Source: an uncultured Eubacteriales bacterium
GTDB taxonomy: Bacteria > Bacillota > Clostridia > Lachnospirales > Lachnospiraceae
DNA: 64,000 nucleotides
Direction: 5' to 3'
Assembly: GCA_949289065.1 (NCBI GenBank)
Contig: CASEMA010000007.1
Location: 14,967-78,966, forward strand
Part shown: in pieces, positions 36,676-47,284 of the stretch
Position numbering within the stretch: the first letter of the stretch is position 1
Layout of the letters: each line of letters opens with the position of its first letter
Program-made: the position numbers and the translations under genes
Notes under the pieces: generated by a model
Database searches by the model: none
What the model was told of the DNA's origin: nothing
Seen by the model: only the letters and a program-made list of their open reading frames with translations

Positions 36676-37731
36676 ATGCCAAAGTTTGGGATTGATATAA
36701 GTTCATTTAACGGAGATATTAATTTTTCCATCATTAAGGAGCAGATTGATTTTGTGATGATCCGCTGCGGCTATGGCAGCGACACAGTAAGCCAGGACGA
36801 TTCAAAATATGAAAGAAACGTGAGGGAATGCGAGGCGTTGGGAATTCCTTACGGTATATATTTTTATTCCTACGCATTGAATCTGGAAGATGTGAACAGT
36901 GAAATACAGCATTGTCTCAGACAGGTGAAGAAGGCAAAGCCGTCCTATGGCGTTTGGCTGGATATGGAAGATGGGGACGGATACAAGACAAATCATGGAT
37001 TTCCTTCGAAGGAAATGCTTGTAACCATCTGTGAAAAATTTTTATTGGGGATAGAAGCCGCCGGATATTATGCCGGGCTGTATGCGAGCCTTTCCTGGCT
37101 GAATGGATATTTAAGTGACCGGCGTCTGGATCGATTTGATAAATGGGTAGCTCAGTGGTCGTCCGCTAATTCCTATGCGGGCGCTTATGGCATGTGGCAG
37201 TTTACCGATAAAAAATATTTGGAAGGCTGGAGCCAGCCCTTTGACGGTAATTATGCCTATTATGATTATCCGGCCCTGACGTCGGGAAACCCTTCGGAGC
37301 CGGAGGAAAAGCCGGAACCGGCGCCGGAGGGTGAGTCGATGAAAATTGTGGGAAACGGCGTCAATTTCCGGGAGGATGCCTATGTGGGGGCGCCGGTTAT
37401 TTTCCAGCTTTATTATAATACGGAGGTGACCTGGCTCTGGGATGACGGCTGGGGCTGGTCGAACTGCCAGTACAATGGACGTAAAGGCTTTGTGGCCAAT
37501 GAATATCTTTCTGGATGGCAGAAGCTGTCCTCCTATAAAAAGGCAAGAATTCTGGGAAGCGGGGTCAACATGAGAGCGCGGCCGGGAATTAACGGAACCA
37601 TTATTGGCCAATTAAATTGGGGAAATGAAGTGTCGGTGATTTCCATAGATCCGGCGGGATGGATGCGGGTACAGTATGGCGAATTGTATGCTTATGTAAA
37701 ATATGATTCAACATATATAAAAATATTGTAA
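36676..37731 (+). CDS. GH25 muramidase with two C-terminal SH3-like domains
   Basis: GIDISSFNG, FVMIRCGYG, YGIYFYSYA, VWLDME, KWVAQW; SH3-type VNFR/VNMR...GF/W repeats. Confidence 0.88.
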   Translation: MPKFGIDISSFNGDINFSIIKEQIDFVMIRCGYGSDTVSQDDSKYERNVRECEALGIPYGIYFYSYALNLEDVNSEIQHCLRQVKKAKPSYGVWLDMEDGDGYKTNHGFPSKEMLVTICEKFLLGIEAAGYYAGLYASLSWLNGYLSDRRLDRFDKWVAQWSSANSYAGAYGMWQFTDKKYLEGWSQPFDGNYAYYDYPALTSGNPSEPEEKPEPAPEGESMKIVGNGVNFREDAYVGAPVIFQLYYNTEVTWLWDDGWGWSNCQYNGRKGFVANEYLSGWQKLSSYKKARILGSGVNMRARPGINGTIIGQLNWGNEVSVISIDPAGWMRVQYGELYAYVKYDSTYIKIL

Positions 37732-37772
37732 AATGTGATATTATAAATAAAAAGAATCAGGAGGGAAGAAGA

Positions 37773-38477
37773 ATGCCGGGATTTATTATTCATCTTACAG
37801 AAGCGGCAATGATTATGGATTATATGAAAATGAAGCCGGATTCTGACTGGAAACAGGAGTTTCTTCTTGGCAATCTTCTTCCGGATACTCGCCTGGGCGC
37901 CGAAAAGGCCATATCCCATTTCTGGTCTCCTGAGGGTGGAGAAAATATTGCCAGGGCGCCGAAGCTATCTTGTTTTTTGGAAAAGTATGGACACCGGCTG
38001 GATGAGCCGGTGATCCTTGGGTATTATGCACATTTATATCTGGATGAGCGGTATGTGGATGGATATTGGCCGAAAATTTTGGTGTTTGAGGATGAGAAGG
38101 GGCGGCCGGAACCAAGGCGGGAGTTTATTCACCAGGTGCGGCTAAAGCAAAATGGCCGGCTTATTCCGTTTCAGGAGTTTTTTTCATCGGAATATTATTA
38201 TGGCGATTATACGCGGAGTAATCATTGGCTTGTGGAGCGGTATCATATCCGGGCGCCGAAATACCGTCCTCTGGAAAATGTGAATATGGATGAGGTAGAT
38301 GCGTCGAAGCTTTATGAAGTATTGGAGGAGCTTCAGTGTATCTGCCATAAGGGCAGGGCTGGAGATGAGAAGAAGCTTAAAGTTTTTGATTTGACGGAAC
38401 TGGAGGCTTTTGTTCAGGGGACGGCCAGTGCTTTTTGTCAGCATATGAGGAATCGAGGGATTTATGGATTCATATAA
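37773..38477 (+). CDS. Zinc-dependent phospholipase C-like hydrolase
   Basis: MPGFIIH, LGNLLPD, SHF, GYYAHLYLD. Confidence 0.6.
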   Translation: MPGFIIHLTEAAMIMDYMKMKPDSDWKQEFLLGNLLPDTRLGAEKAISHFWSPEGGENIARAPKLSCFLEKYGHRLDEPVILGYYAHLYLDERYVDGYWPKILVFEDEKGRPEPRREFIHQVRLKQNGRLIPFQEFFSSEYYYGDYTRSNHWLVERYHIRAPKYRPLENVNMDEVDASKLYEVLEELQCICHKGRAGDEKKLKVFDLTELEAFVQGTASAFCQHMRNRGIYGFI

Positions 38478-38898
38478 CCAGTTAAATGAAGTGCTTGTAC
38501 ACTTATTTAATCATACAATGAAGATTGAGGAGCAGTCATTAATTCGGGATGAATTTAAAGACATTTCCATCAATGATATGCACATTATAGAGGCCATCGG
38601 CGACGGCGAAGCGAAAAACATGTCGTCCATCGCACGTCTTGTCGGCGTCACTGTCGGGACATTGACAATAGCCATGAATAATCTGGTAAAAAAGGGCTAT
38701 GTTGTCCGGACGCGCAGTGAAAAGGATCGGAGGGTTGTTCTTATTTCTCTGGATGAAAAGGGACGGCGGGCCTACAAACGGCATGAACAGTTTCATTTGG
38801 AGATGATTCAGGCGATGCGGCAGGGATTGGATGATGAACAGTGCCGAGTTCTGACACAGGCGATGCGGAATTTAAGAGAACATTTTAAGACAGTGTGA
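38464..38898 (+). CDS. MarR-family regulator
   Basis: MHIIEAIG...TLT.AMNNLVKKGYV.R.RSEKDRRVV. Confidence 0.88.
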   Translation: MDSYNQLNEVLVHLFNHTMKIEEQSLIRDEFKDISINDMHIIEAIGDGEAKNMSSIARLVGVTVGTLTIAMNNLVKKGYVVRTRSEKDRRVVLISLDEKGRRAYKRHEQFHLEMIQAMRQGLDDEQCRVLTQAMRNLREHFKTV

Positions 38899-38915
38899 TG
38901 ACCGGGAGGAAGCAG

Positions 38916-39299
38916 ATGAAGATAAAAAATGGGTTATCCAGTTCTATGGAGGACTATTTAAGGGAAATTTATATTCTCACACAGAAGAAGGATGATGTCC
39001 GGGTGACGGATATCGCACAGTTTCTTGGATTATCCAAGCCGAGTGTGAATCGGGCGATGAACACGCTGAAGGAGCAGGGATATATAGAGCATGAGCATTA
39101 CGGAACGATTCAATTGACAAAGGCGGGCCTTGAGGCCGGAAAAAATGTTTATGATACTTATAAGGTTGTTTATAAATTTCTGACGGAAATACTGGAAATT
39201 AATCCGGCAGATGCCGAGGAAGAGGCCCATTTGCTGGAACATGATATCAGTAAAGGGACGCGAAAAAAACTGAAAAAGTTTATGAAAAAAAAGAAATAA
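38916..39299 (+). CDS. DtxR/MntR-family metal-dependent regulator (short form)
   Basis: SMEDYLREIY, VRVTDIA..LG.SKPSV..A...L, EEAHLLEH.IS. Confidence 0.85.
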   Translation: MKIKNGLSSSMEDYLREIYILTQKKDDVRVTDIAQFLGLSKPSVNRAMNTLKEQGYIEHEHYGTIQLTKAGLEAGKNVYDTYKVVYKFLTEILEINPADAEEEAHLLEHDISKGTRKKLKKFMKKKK

Positions 39300-39300
39300 A

Positions 39301-39342
39301 GATGCCGTGGAGCAGTCTCGTTGGGAGATTGCCCACGGCATC
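39301..39342. terminator. Hairpin between convergent genes
   Basis: GATGCCGTGG...CCACGGCATC. Confidence 0.65.
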
Positions 39343-39354
39343 TTGCTTGTGATA

Positions 39355-41052
39355 TTAGTTTAATTCATCAACAACTTTTTTGATGGCGGCTAGAGCGTCA
39401 TCCGGAAGCTTGTCATAACCGTCCTTCAGGACAGAGAATTCCTCAATTTCGTTGACGCGGTCCATCATGCGGGCTTTTAACTGAGTCAGGTATTCTGCAT
39501 CGTTCATATCCGGCACAAAGCCTTCCCAGTCCATAATTTCAATATCAGAGAATGGTCCCCAAGGCTTGAAGTCAGCGCTTTTCTCCACGATGGCTTCAAG
39601 AATACCAAGCGTATCCTTTGGCTGTACCTTTTTGCCCATGAAATCGCCGGTGTTGATGATATAGCAGTCAACATTCTTTTCTTCCACCAGTTTTTTGAAT
39701 TTTTCATAGTCATTAGCCAGCGGATAAGTACGGAACGGGTTCGCATATGGTACGACAACCAGTTTGTTCGGATCTACGCCAGGAGCCAGACGTTCGGCGG
39801 AGGAACGCTTTGTGGCCAGAGTTGCGCCCATAACGGAAGCAAGAGAGGCGCCCTTTAATTTGACTACCGGAGGAATGGTTGGGTCCTTCATAATCCAAAA
39901 GATGGCATTTACCGGGGAGTCGATACGATCCACCCGGTTTGGAGACCAGAGCTTGGATTTGATGGCGCGGCCATTACCGTTGCGGATATCTTCTGTAACA
40001 AGCTGGATCTTTCCTTCGGAATCCAGTGTTGCGGAGTTATTCATGGACGTGAGGAGATATTTGTTATCCTCGCATCCGGTTGGATAGTCGGCTGTTTTAT
40101 CAAAATAGGTCGGTTCAATAGCAATGGAGGCGCAGGTATCTGTGTTAATGATAAAGGCGTCGTCGTGAAGTACTTTGATTTCGTATTTGCCGCCGTGCTT
40201 TGCGTGGGTCAGAGTGGACTTGCCGGAACCGGAGAGACCGTAAACGGAAGCTACGAATTTAGAGCCGTCGTTTAATGTGTATTCCTTCTGGCCGCCGTGG
40301 CAGGAGGCGTAGCCGTTACGATTGGCGATAGCCCAAACCATGGTCAGAGTACCTTTTTTGTGTTCGCCGAAGTATCTCATACCGAGAATACATGCACAGT
40401 TAGTTTCGGTATTAAAATAGCATAAGGTCTTTTTCGCCGGATCACTCAGGCAGCTTAAATCAACGCCTGGACGGTCGGAACCGTTCCACTGTGGGTCGGA
40501 GAAAATGTAGATATCTGCTTCTTTGCCATCACCGACGGGTTTGGAGTTTTTGTACATTTTCACATATTCATCAGACATATACTGGAAGTTCAGCATCCAT
40601 GAATAGAGAATATTTTCTTCACCTTCCGGGATAAGCAAATGGCATTTAACCATAAATTCTGGGTCAAGGCCGGCGTAAACCTCTGCATGATACATGGTTT
40701 TCCAGCGGGATTCATAAACCGCGTCCATGGCGACTTTATCTAATTCTTCGCAGTTTACACCCGGTTCTCCGGCGATGCGGCGGGCAACGGCATAACGTCC
40801 GGTAATAGCGCCGTCGTTGAAGAGCAGAACTTTGGCGTCTTTTTCAAGACCAAATTCTTCACCCCGGTATACAGGCATATCCGTAACGATTGTACCCGGA
40901 GAATTTTTTGCCAGATCATAGGCTTCCTTCAGAGTATTTACTTTAACAACATTATTTCCATAGAAAGCGGCTTCAATGATGGAACGAGTTTTGGAAAAGC
41001 CGGTCTTTCCTGCGCCGATTTCGCTAATATTGTAATAAGCTTTTGTTGACAT
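39355..41052 (-). CDS. pckA: Phosphoenolpyruvate carboxykinase (ATP)
   Basis: [35 protein letters not shown]. Confidence 0.88.
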   Translation of the reverse strand: MSTKAYYNISEIGAGKTGFSKTRSIIEAAFYGNNVVKVNTLKEAYDLAKNSPGTIVTDMPVYRGEEFGLEKDAKVLLFNDGAITGRYAVARRIAGEPGVNCEELDKVAMDAVYESRWKTMYHAEVYAGLDPEFMVKCHLLIPEGEENILYSWMLNFQYMSDEYVKMYKNSKPVGDGKEADIYIFSDPQWNGSDRPGVDLSCLSDPAKKTLCYFNTETNCACILGMRYFGEHKKGTLTMVWAIANRNGYASCHGGQKEYTLNDGSKFVASVYGLSGSGKSTLTHAKHGGKYEIKVLHDDAFIINTDTCASIAIEPTYFDKTADYPTGCEDNKYLLTSMNNSATLDSEGKIQLVTEDIRNGNGRAIKSKLWSPNRVDRIDSPVNAIFWIMKDPTIPPVVKLKGASLASVMGATLATKRSSAERLAPGVDPNKLVVVPYANPFRTYPLANDYEKFKKLVEEKNVDCYIINTGDFMGKKVQPKDTLGILEAIVEKSADFKPWGPFSDIEIMDWEGFVPDMNDAEYLTQLKARMMDRVNEIEEFSVLKDGYDKLPDDALAAIKKVVDELN

Positions 41053-41140
41053 GGGCATAGCCTCCTTTAATAGTTTGATTTATTGAAGTTAAGTACAACT
41101 ATAAACAACAATTGGACGAATGTCAAGAACGGGGCCTTTT

Positions 41141-42958
41141 TTAAGCCGCTTCGTCCACTGTTTCGCCGATGGAATCAATGGCGTCATCGGCATCCGGCAT
41201 ATACTTTTTAAGAATCGAAAACGGCGCCGGACCCAGGTCAAGGAGCTGCTTATGGAAATCCTTAATATCAAAAGCATCATCCAGATGCTCCTCCATGGTT
41301 TCACGCATTTGGGTGATTTCGTCCATACCGATACCGTAGATCATGTAGTTTGTCGGATTATAGAGAACGGCCTCATAAAGCTCCTGAATAGTGTTGTCGT
41401 CAAAATCCAGATACTGGCGGATAAATTCTCCAGTCTGCGTCAAATCCCAGCCTTCGTAGTGAATGCCTAAATCCACCCGGCAGTAAAGATTGAGGGACAT
41501 GTCTGCGTTAAATATGCGGTAAAAATTGGCAACGTCATCTGTAAATCCGCAGTAATCATAGGAAAGAGATTCCACATAGGAAGCCCAGCCCTCCACATAG
41601 CCGGAGCACTCATAAACTGTCCGGATCGGGTCTGGGTTTGTATTGTAATAATAAGTGATCTGGTACATATGGCCCGGATAGCCTTCGTGGGCCATGGTCG
41701 GCATCAGTTCGTTTCCTGTATTGTCAGTGAGGTTTAAATAAATCTGGTTGTTTGCAATGTCGTCAATCCGCGGGATAAAATACATAGCCGGGCTCAACCG
41801 CTCAGACAGAGAGGTATGGACATTTTTCAGAGTATAGCTGGCCTTGGGTGCCTCTGGCATCTGTTCGGAGGTAAAAGTGGCTTTAAAATGTTCAATGATT
41901 TCTTCCGGGTCAGACAATGAATATTGGGCGTTTTCAACGTCATCGAAAATGTCCGGGTTGGAATTCATTATGAAGGCAAGGGAAAAAATCGCTGTATTCA
42001 GGTTGCTTTCTGTCAGCTCGATAAGTTCTTCCGGTGTTTTGTCCGTTCCCACAGAGGTCCTGAGCAGATATTTATAATATGCCTGTCCTTTTTCATAAGA
42101 AGCGATACTTCCATTTTCCGGCGCTGCGTCAAGCTGAGATGACAGACCGTCGATAATGGCTTGGTAAGCCGGGATGACGGAATTTAATACGGCATCCTGA
42201 TTTTTTTCGATGTAGCCGTTTTTTTCTTCTTCCGTCAGATTTAGCCCCTTAAGCTTTTCCGGGAAGACCTCGATGAGCAGATTTGTTTCCGGGGAAGCGA
42301 TAAAGGACTGGCAGTCCTCGATGGAAGCTTCCAGTGCGGATTTGCACATGCCATATCCGGCATCGGCCTTTTGCGCTTCGAAGGTCAGGAGTGAATCGAT
42401 ATATGCGCCCAGGGAGTTCAAGAGAGCCAGATAGTCTTCCACATCCTTGGTGTCGTCAAAATGGTATTCGGCTATGGTTGTCGGAAGCTGACTCTGGAAA
42501 CCGAGCATCGGTGCAAAATTTGTTGTCTGGTAAATGTAATCATAAGATTCTAAATCCGCCTCAAGATAATATTTAACGACGTCGTAGGTTACGGCCCTGT
42601 CGCCGGTCAGACCGGAAATTGTGTTCAACCGGTCAAGCCAGGCCTGAGTTTGTGCCTTTTCTTCGGCGAATTCCTCTTCGGTCAGAGGAACCTCTCCCCA
42701 GGTCGCTTCTTCCAGGTTGATGCCATAGGCCGACGGATCCTTTAATGTGTAATTCAATGTCAAAGAATCGCTGCTGGCATAATCTATGAATATTTCCCGG
42801 GTCAGCTCATCAAAAGCTTCTTCGGCGGATGGCCCCTGGTTCGTTGTTTGCTGCGTGGTATTCGCTGTGGTATTTGTTGACGAACCGCAGCCTGTGAGCA
42901 GCAACGCTGCCGAACATGCGGAAATAAGGATTGTTTTGAATGTTTTGCTCAATTTCAT
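41141..42958 (-). CDS. DUF885-family lipoprotein (metallopeptidase-like HEGYPGH)
   Basis: Lipobox LLTGC; TMAHEGYPGHMYQ, YVEGWASYVE. Confidence 0.82.
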   Translation of the reverse strand: MKLSKTFKTILISACSAALLLTGCGSSTNTTANTTQQTTNQGPSAEEAFDELTREIFIDYASSDSLTLNYTLKDPSAYGINLEEATWGEVPLTEEEFAEEKAQTQAWLDRLNTISGLTGDRAVTYDVVKYYLEADLESYDYIYQTTNFAPMLGFQSQLPTTIAEYHFDDTKDVEDYLALLNSLGAYIDSLLTFEAQKADAGYGMCKSALEASIEDCQSFIASPETNLLIEVFPEKLKGLNLTEEEKNGYIEKNQDAVLNSVIPAYQAIIDGLSSQLDAAPENGSIASYEKGQAYYKYLLRTSVGTDKTPEELIELTESNLNTAIFSLAFIMNSNPDIFDDVENAQYSLSDPEEIIEHFKATFTSEQMPEAPKASYTLKNVHTSLSERLSPAMYFIPRIDDIANNQIYLNLTDNTGNELMPTMAHEGYPGHMYQITYYYNTNPDPIRTVYECSGYVEGWASYVESLSYDYCGFTDDVANFYRIFNADMSLNLYCRVDLGIHYEGWDLTQTGEFIRQYLDFDDNTIQELYEAVLYNPTNYMIYGIGMDEITQMRETMEEHLDDAFDIKDFHKQLLDLGPAPFSILKKYMPDADDAIDSIGETVDEAA

Positions 42959-43119
42959 ATTTTTCAAGTCCCCCTTTATATTGATGCTTTTAGTATAACA
43001 GAAAAAGTCTGGGATATGTAGGCAATTTTCGTCTAAATTTCCTTGTGTTTAAATCGGGTATATATTATAATAAGAAATTAGCTTATGATGAATATATGAT
43101 TCTGATGGGAGGAAGGAAT

Positions 43120-45081
43120 ATGGCAAAGAAACCTTATTATATAACAACAGCGATTGCCTATACGTCGGGAAAGCCTCATATCGGCAATACCTATGAAATT
43201 GTTCTTGCCGACAGTATTGCCCGGTTCAAACGGGCTCAGGGGTATGATGTCCGTTTTCAGACAGGAACAGATGAACATGGTCAGAAGGTGGAGATCAAGG
43301 CGGCGGAAGCCGGCGTTACACCGAAGGCGTATGTGGATGGCGTGGCCGGAGAGATTAAACGGATTTGGGATTTGATGGATACTTCTTATGACCGTTTTAT
43401 CCGGACGACAGATGCGGACCACGAGGCGCAGGTTCAGAAAATTTTTAAGAAGCTCTATGATCAGGGCGATATTTATAAAGGCTATTATGAAGGGAAGTAT
43501 TGTACGCCGTGCGAATCCTTTTTCACAGAGAGCCAGCTGGTGGACGGTAAATGTCCGGACTGCGGCCGCGAGGTTATCGACGCGAAGGAAGAGGCTTATT
43601 TCTTTAAAATGAGCAAATATGCGGATCGGCTGATTGAGCATATCAATACCCATCCGGAGTTTATCCAGCCGGAATCCCGTAAGAATGAGATCATGAATAA
43701 TTTCCTTTTGCCGGGACTGCAGGATTTGTGCGTATCCAGAACTTCTTTCACATGGGGAATTCCGGTGACCTTTGATCCGAAGCATGTTATTTATGTGTGG
43801 ATTGACGCCCTCAGTAACTATATTACTGGTCTTGGTTTTGATTTGGACGGCGCCAGCGACCCGATGGTGGAAAAATACTGGCCGGCGGATCTTCATTTGA
43901 TTGGAAAGGATATTATCCGTTTCCATACGATTTATTGGCCGATTATGCTGATGGCTCTGGATATTCCGTTGCCGAAGCAGGTGTTTGGACATCCGTGGCT
44001 TCTTGTCGGTGAAGGAAAAATGAGTAAATCCAAAGGCAATGTAATTTATGCCGATGATCTGGTTGACTATTTCGGTGTGGATGCGGTGCGTTATTTCGTT
44101 CTTCACGAGATGCCATTTGACAATGACGGTTCCATCACATGGGAGCTGATGATTGAGCGTATGAATTCGGATTTGGCGAATATTCTTGGAAATCTGGTGA
44201 ATCGTACCATCTCCATGACAAATAAATATTTTGGCGGCGTGGTAACCAATCCGGGCGTCAATGAACCTGTAGATGAGGATTTGAAACGGGTTGCGCTGGA
44301 GACGCCGGTGAAGGCTGCGGAGAAGATGGATAAGCTGCGTGTGGCTGATGCGATCACAGAAATTTTTGCACTTTTCCGTCGCTGTAATAAATATATCGAC
44401 GAGACAGAACCGTGGAATCTGGCAAAGGATGAAGCAAAGAAAGACCGTCTGGCCACAGTACTTTATAATCTTTTTGAAGGTATCCGTATCGGCGCGGTCT
44501 GCCTGGAAGCCTTTCTTCCAACCACATCCAAAAAGATTCTCGACCAGATCGGCACACAGGAAAGAGACTTCCTTGCGCTGGATACCTTTGGACGGATGGA
44601 GCAGGGAACGAAGGTTATTGAGAAACCGGAGATTCTCTTTGCGCGTATTGATATGAAAGAATTCATGGCTAAACTGGAAGCAGATAAGGCTGCAAAAGAA
44701 GCCGAAGAAGCCAAAGCCGCCGCGTTGGAGGCCGGTATTGACATTGAAGCCAAACCGGAAATCACCTATGATGATTTCGCTAAGCTTCAGTTCCAGGTGG
44801 GCGAGATTATTGCCTGTGAAGCGGTGAAGAAGTCCAAAAAGCTGCTTTGCTCCCAGGTGAAAATCGGCAGTCAGGTGCGCCAGATTGTGTCTGGCATTAA
44901 AGCCCATTACACGCCGGAGGAGATGGTCGGCAAAAGGGTTATGGTAGTCACTAACCTGAAACCGGCGAAGCTGGCGGGTATTATGTCTGAGGGGATGCTG
45001 CTCTGTGCGGAGGATGCGGATGGAAATTTGTCGCTGATGATTCCTGAAAAGGAAATGCCATCAGGCGCTGAAATTTGTTGA
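43120..45081 (+). CDS. metG: Methionyl-tRNA synthetase with C-terminal tRNA-binding domain
   Basis: PHIGN, CTPCE and CPDC zinc knuckle, KMSKS, RQIVSGI. Confidence 0.97.
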   Translation: MAKKPYYITTAIAYTSGKPHIGNTYEIVLADSIARFKRAQGYDVRFQTGTDEHGQKVEIKAAEAGVTPKAYVDGVAGEIKRIWDLMDTSYDRFIRTTDADHEAQVQKIFKKLYDQGDIYKGYYEGKYCTPCESFFTESQLVDGKCPDCGREVIDAKEEAYFFKMSKYADRLIEHINTHPEFIQPESRKNEIMNNFLLPGLQDLCVSRTSFTWGIPVTFDPKHVIYVWIDALSNYITGLGFDLDGASDPMVEKYWPADLHLIGKDIIRFHTIYWPIMLMALDIPLPKQVFGHPWLLVGEGKMSKSKGNVIYADDLVDYFGVDAVRYFVLHEMPFDNDGSITWELMIERMNSDLANILGNLVNRTISMTNKYFGGVVTNPGVNEPVDEDLKRVALETPVKAAEKMDKLRVADAITEIFALFRRCNKYIDETEPWNLAKDEAKKDRLATVLYNLFEGIRIGAVCLEAFLPTTSKKILDQIGTQERDFLALDTFGRMEQGTKVIEKPEILFARIDMKEFMAKLEADKAAKEAEEAKAAALEAGIDIEAKPEITYDDFAKLQFQVGEIIACEAVKKSKKLLCSQVKIGSQVRQIVSGIKAHYTPEEMVGKRVMVVTNLKPAKLAGIMSEGMLLCAEDADGNLSLMIPEKEMPSGAEIC

Positions 45082-45090
45082 GATTAAGAT

Positions 45091-45138
45091 AAAAAAGTTT
45101 CCGGCAAAACGATGGATTTGTTTTGCCGGAAACTTTTT
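45091..45138. terminator. Bidirectional terminator
   Basis: AAAAAGTTTCCGGCAAAAC...GTTTTGCCGGAAACTTTTT. Confidence 0.85.
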
Positions 45139-45142
45139 TAAT

Positions 45143-45709
45143 TTAGAACTTAAAGATGATTCCGATGACTGCGGAGGCAATGACCATGAGAATCGGATGA
45201 AAATCCTTCTTGCGAAGAATAAGGTAAATGACAACTGCCAGGATAATGGCCTTATAATTCAAAAGGTCGGCGATGTTTTGGGTAATTTCATATTGGTCCA
45301 GATGGAGCAGGGCAATTTTAGCCACACCAAGGCCGGCCGCAATAATCAATCCGGTGGATGCGGGACGTAATCCGTAGAAAACCTCCTGAACAAGCTGGGA
45401 TTCCTTGAATTTATTTAATATCTTTGATATAAGAATGATAATGACAACGGAAGGAAATACAAGGGCCAGCGGGCCGATCAGTGCTCCCAGAAGTCCAAAG
45501 GAGGTAAAACCGACATAAGTTGCCATATTCACGCCCATAGGTCCCGGCGTGGATTCGGAAATGGCGATCATATTTGCCACATCCTGAGCATTGAACCATC
45601 CGGTTGCCGTACCCATCGCATAGAGGAAAGGCAGGGTCGCCAGTCCGCCGCCGACGGCAAAAAGTCCGGTTTTAAAAAATTCAAAGGCTAAACGTAAAAG
45701 TCCTGTCAT
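45143..45709 (-). CDS. Short-chain chromate transporter (CHR) subunit
   Basis: FFKTGLFAVGGG, ISESTPGP, GLRPA. Confidence 0.88.
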   Translation of the reverse strand: MTGLLRLAFEFFKTGLFAVGGGLATLPFLYAMGTATGWFNAQDVANMIAISESTPGPMGVNMATYVGFTSFGLLGALIGPLALVFPSVVIIILISKILNKFKESQLVQEVFYGLRPASTGLIIAAGLGVAKIALLHLDQYEITQNIADLLNYKAIILAVVIYLILRKKDFHPILMVIASAVIGIIFKF

Positions 45710-46257
45710 TTTTTTTCACCTCCTGCAATACCTGTCCGTTTGACGAGAACTCCGGCCATGCCGGCCAGAACGACAATAAGCGCTGGAGACAATGGCGAGA
45801 ATAGGGATAAAAATAAAACAACGATGCAGATGAGCAGACATATTTTATCAATAACGGATTTCTTTGCCAGCTTAGTGACCGCATTGAAAATCAATACGCA
45901 GACACAGGCGCGGATGCCGTTAAAGGCATATTTTACGATTGCCAGGTCAGCGAAATTTTGTAAAAATGCGGCGATCAGCGTGATAATAATTAAAGAGGGC
46001 GTGATAATACTGAGAGTGGCGATGATGCCTCCGATGATGCCCCTTGTTTTATAACCGACAAAGGTGGCGGTGTTTACCGCAATGATTCCCGGCGTACATT
46101 GGCCGATGGCAAAGTAATCCATAATTTCGTCTTCTGTGGCCCAGTGGTATTTCTCAACAACTTCTTTTTGAAGCATTGGGAGCATGGCATAACCGCCGCC
46201 GAAGGTAAAGGCGCCGATTCGGAAAAAGGCCATGAAGAGATTGACGAATTCTTTCAT
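45706..46257 (-). CDS. Short-chain chromate transporter (CHR) subunit
   Basis: FFRIGAFTFGGGY, GQCTPG.IAVN. Confidence 0.88.
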   Translation of the reverse strand: MKEFVNLFMAFFRIGAFTFGGGYAMLPMLQKEVVEKYHWATEDEIMDYFAIGQCTPGIIAVNTATFVGYKTRGIIGGIIATLSIITPSLIIITLIAAFLQNFADLAIVKYAFNGIRACVCVLIFNAVTKLAKKSVIDKICLLICIVVLFLSLFSPLSPALIVVLAGMAGVLVKRTGIAGGEKK

Positions 46258-46414
46258 AATTTCTCCTCCTCAATGAAATATTATTTCCGTGATATCTTTG
46301 GGAAATGCTTGATTTTCCACGAAACTATTGGTATCATATCATAAATAAATCTATATGAAAAATATTAAAAAAGTATACAATCTATATGAAAAAAATATGA
46401 TTTGAGGTGATTCC

Positions 46415-47284
46415 ATGGACTTGAAGCAGTTGAATTATTTTACAGCCATTGTTGACGAGGGAAGTATTTCGGCTGCGGCGAAAAAGCTGCATATTTCCCA
46501 GCCGCCTTTAAGTACACAGATGAAGTCGTTGGAGTCGGAGCTTGGCGTGATTCTGTTTGAACGGGGATTGCGAAGTATTACGTTGACAGATGCGGGAAAA
46601 TTGATGTACGAGAGGGCGAAGGCGATACTGGATATGGCTTCGGTAACAAAGATGGAGATTGACAGCTTGGGAAACGGACTTCGGGGGACGCTACGGATGG
46701 GGATGGTGTCCTCATCGGTAACCGGACAGACAGCCCGCCAGTTAGCGGCTTTCCGCAAAGCCTATCCGGAGGTGAATTTTCAGATTTATGAGGGGAATAC
46801 GTATCAGCTTTTAGACGGACTGAAAAGGAATCAAATTGACCTGGCGCTTGTCCGGGCGCCGTTCTCAGAAGCCGGCTTTATATGTCACAAATACCAGGAG
46901 GAGTATTTTGTGGCGGTCGGCCTGCCGGGAAGCCTGACGCAGGAACGTCCGGGACTTGAGGTTATCGCGGAATGTCCGGTGATATTGTATCGCCGATGGG
47001 AAGCGGCCGCGAGACAGGCTTTTGAGGAGCGGGGGCTGACGCCGCATCTGGTCTGCATGGTGGATAATGCGTGGACAAGTGTCCAGATGGCCCGGGCGGG
47101 GATGGGAATTGCCCTTTTGCCGGAATCCTTTGCGGCGGATATTCCCGGGATTCAACGGTGGCGCTTGGGGGAGGAGACATTGAAAACCCAATTGATGCTG
47201 GTGAAACGGGATGACCGGTATATATCCAATATAACAAAAATATTTTTTGAAAAATTTCAAATTCAGGGAGGCAGTGACAAATGA
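46415..47284 (+). CDS. LysR-family regulator, divergent from the CHR pair
   Basis: LNYF.AIVDEGSISAAAKKLHISQPPLS.Q...LE..LG..LFER. Confidence 0.93.
   Translation: MDLKQLNYFTAIVDEGSISAAAKKLHISQPPLSTQMKSLESELGVILFERGLRSITLTDAGKLMYERAKAILDMASVTKMEIDSLGNGLRGTLRMGMVSSSVTGQTARQLAAFRKAYPEVNFQIYEGNTYQLLDGLKRNQIDLALVRAPFSEAGFICHKYQEEYFVAVGLPGSLTQERPGLEVIAECPVILYRRWEAAARQAFEERGLTPHLVCMVDNAWTSVQMARAGMGIALLPESFAADIPGIQRWRLGEETLKTQLMLVKRDDRYISNITKIFFEKFQIQGGSDK

Noticed and set aside
42968-43119. T-box or SAM riboswitch upstream of metG; lysine riboswitch upstream of the aspartokinase
   Set aside because: Leaders are too short and lack T-box or aptamer motifs and antiterminators.
43078-44907. 609-aa antisense ORF opposite metG, and similar long antisense ORFs opposite prfC, the amidohydrolase, rsmA, larA and vanY
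   Set aside because: Shadows of well-supported genes; no RBS or recognisable motifs.
45143-46257. Chromate resistance island
   Set aside because: No mobility genes or other resistance genes nearby; short CHR pairs are common in clostridia.
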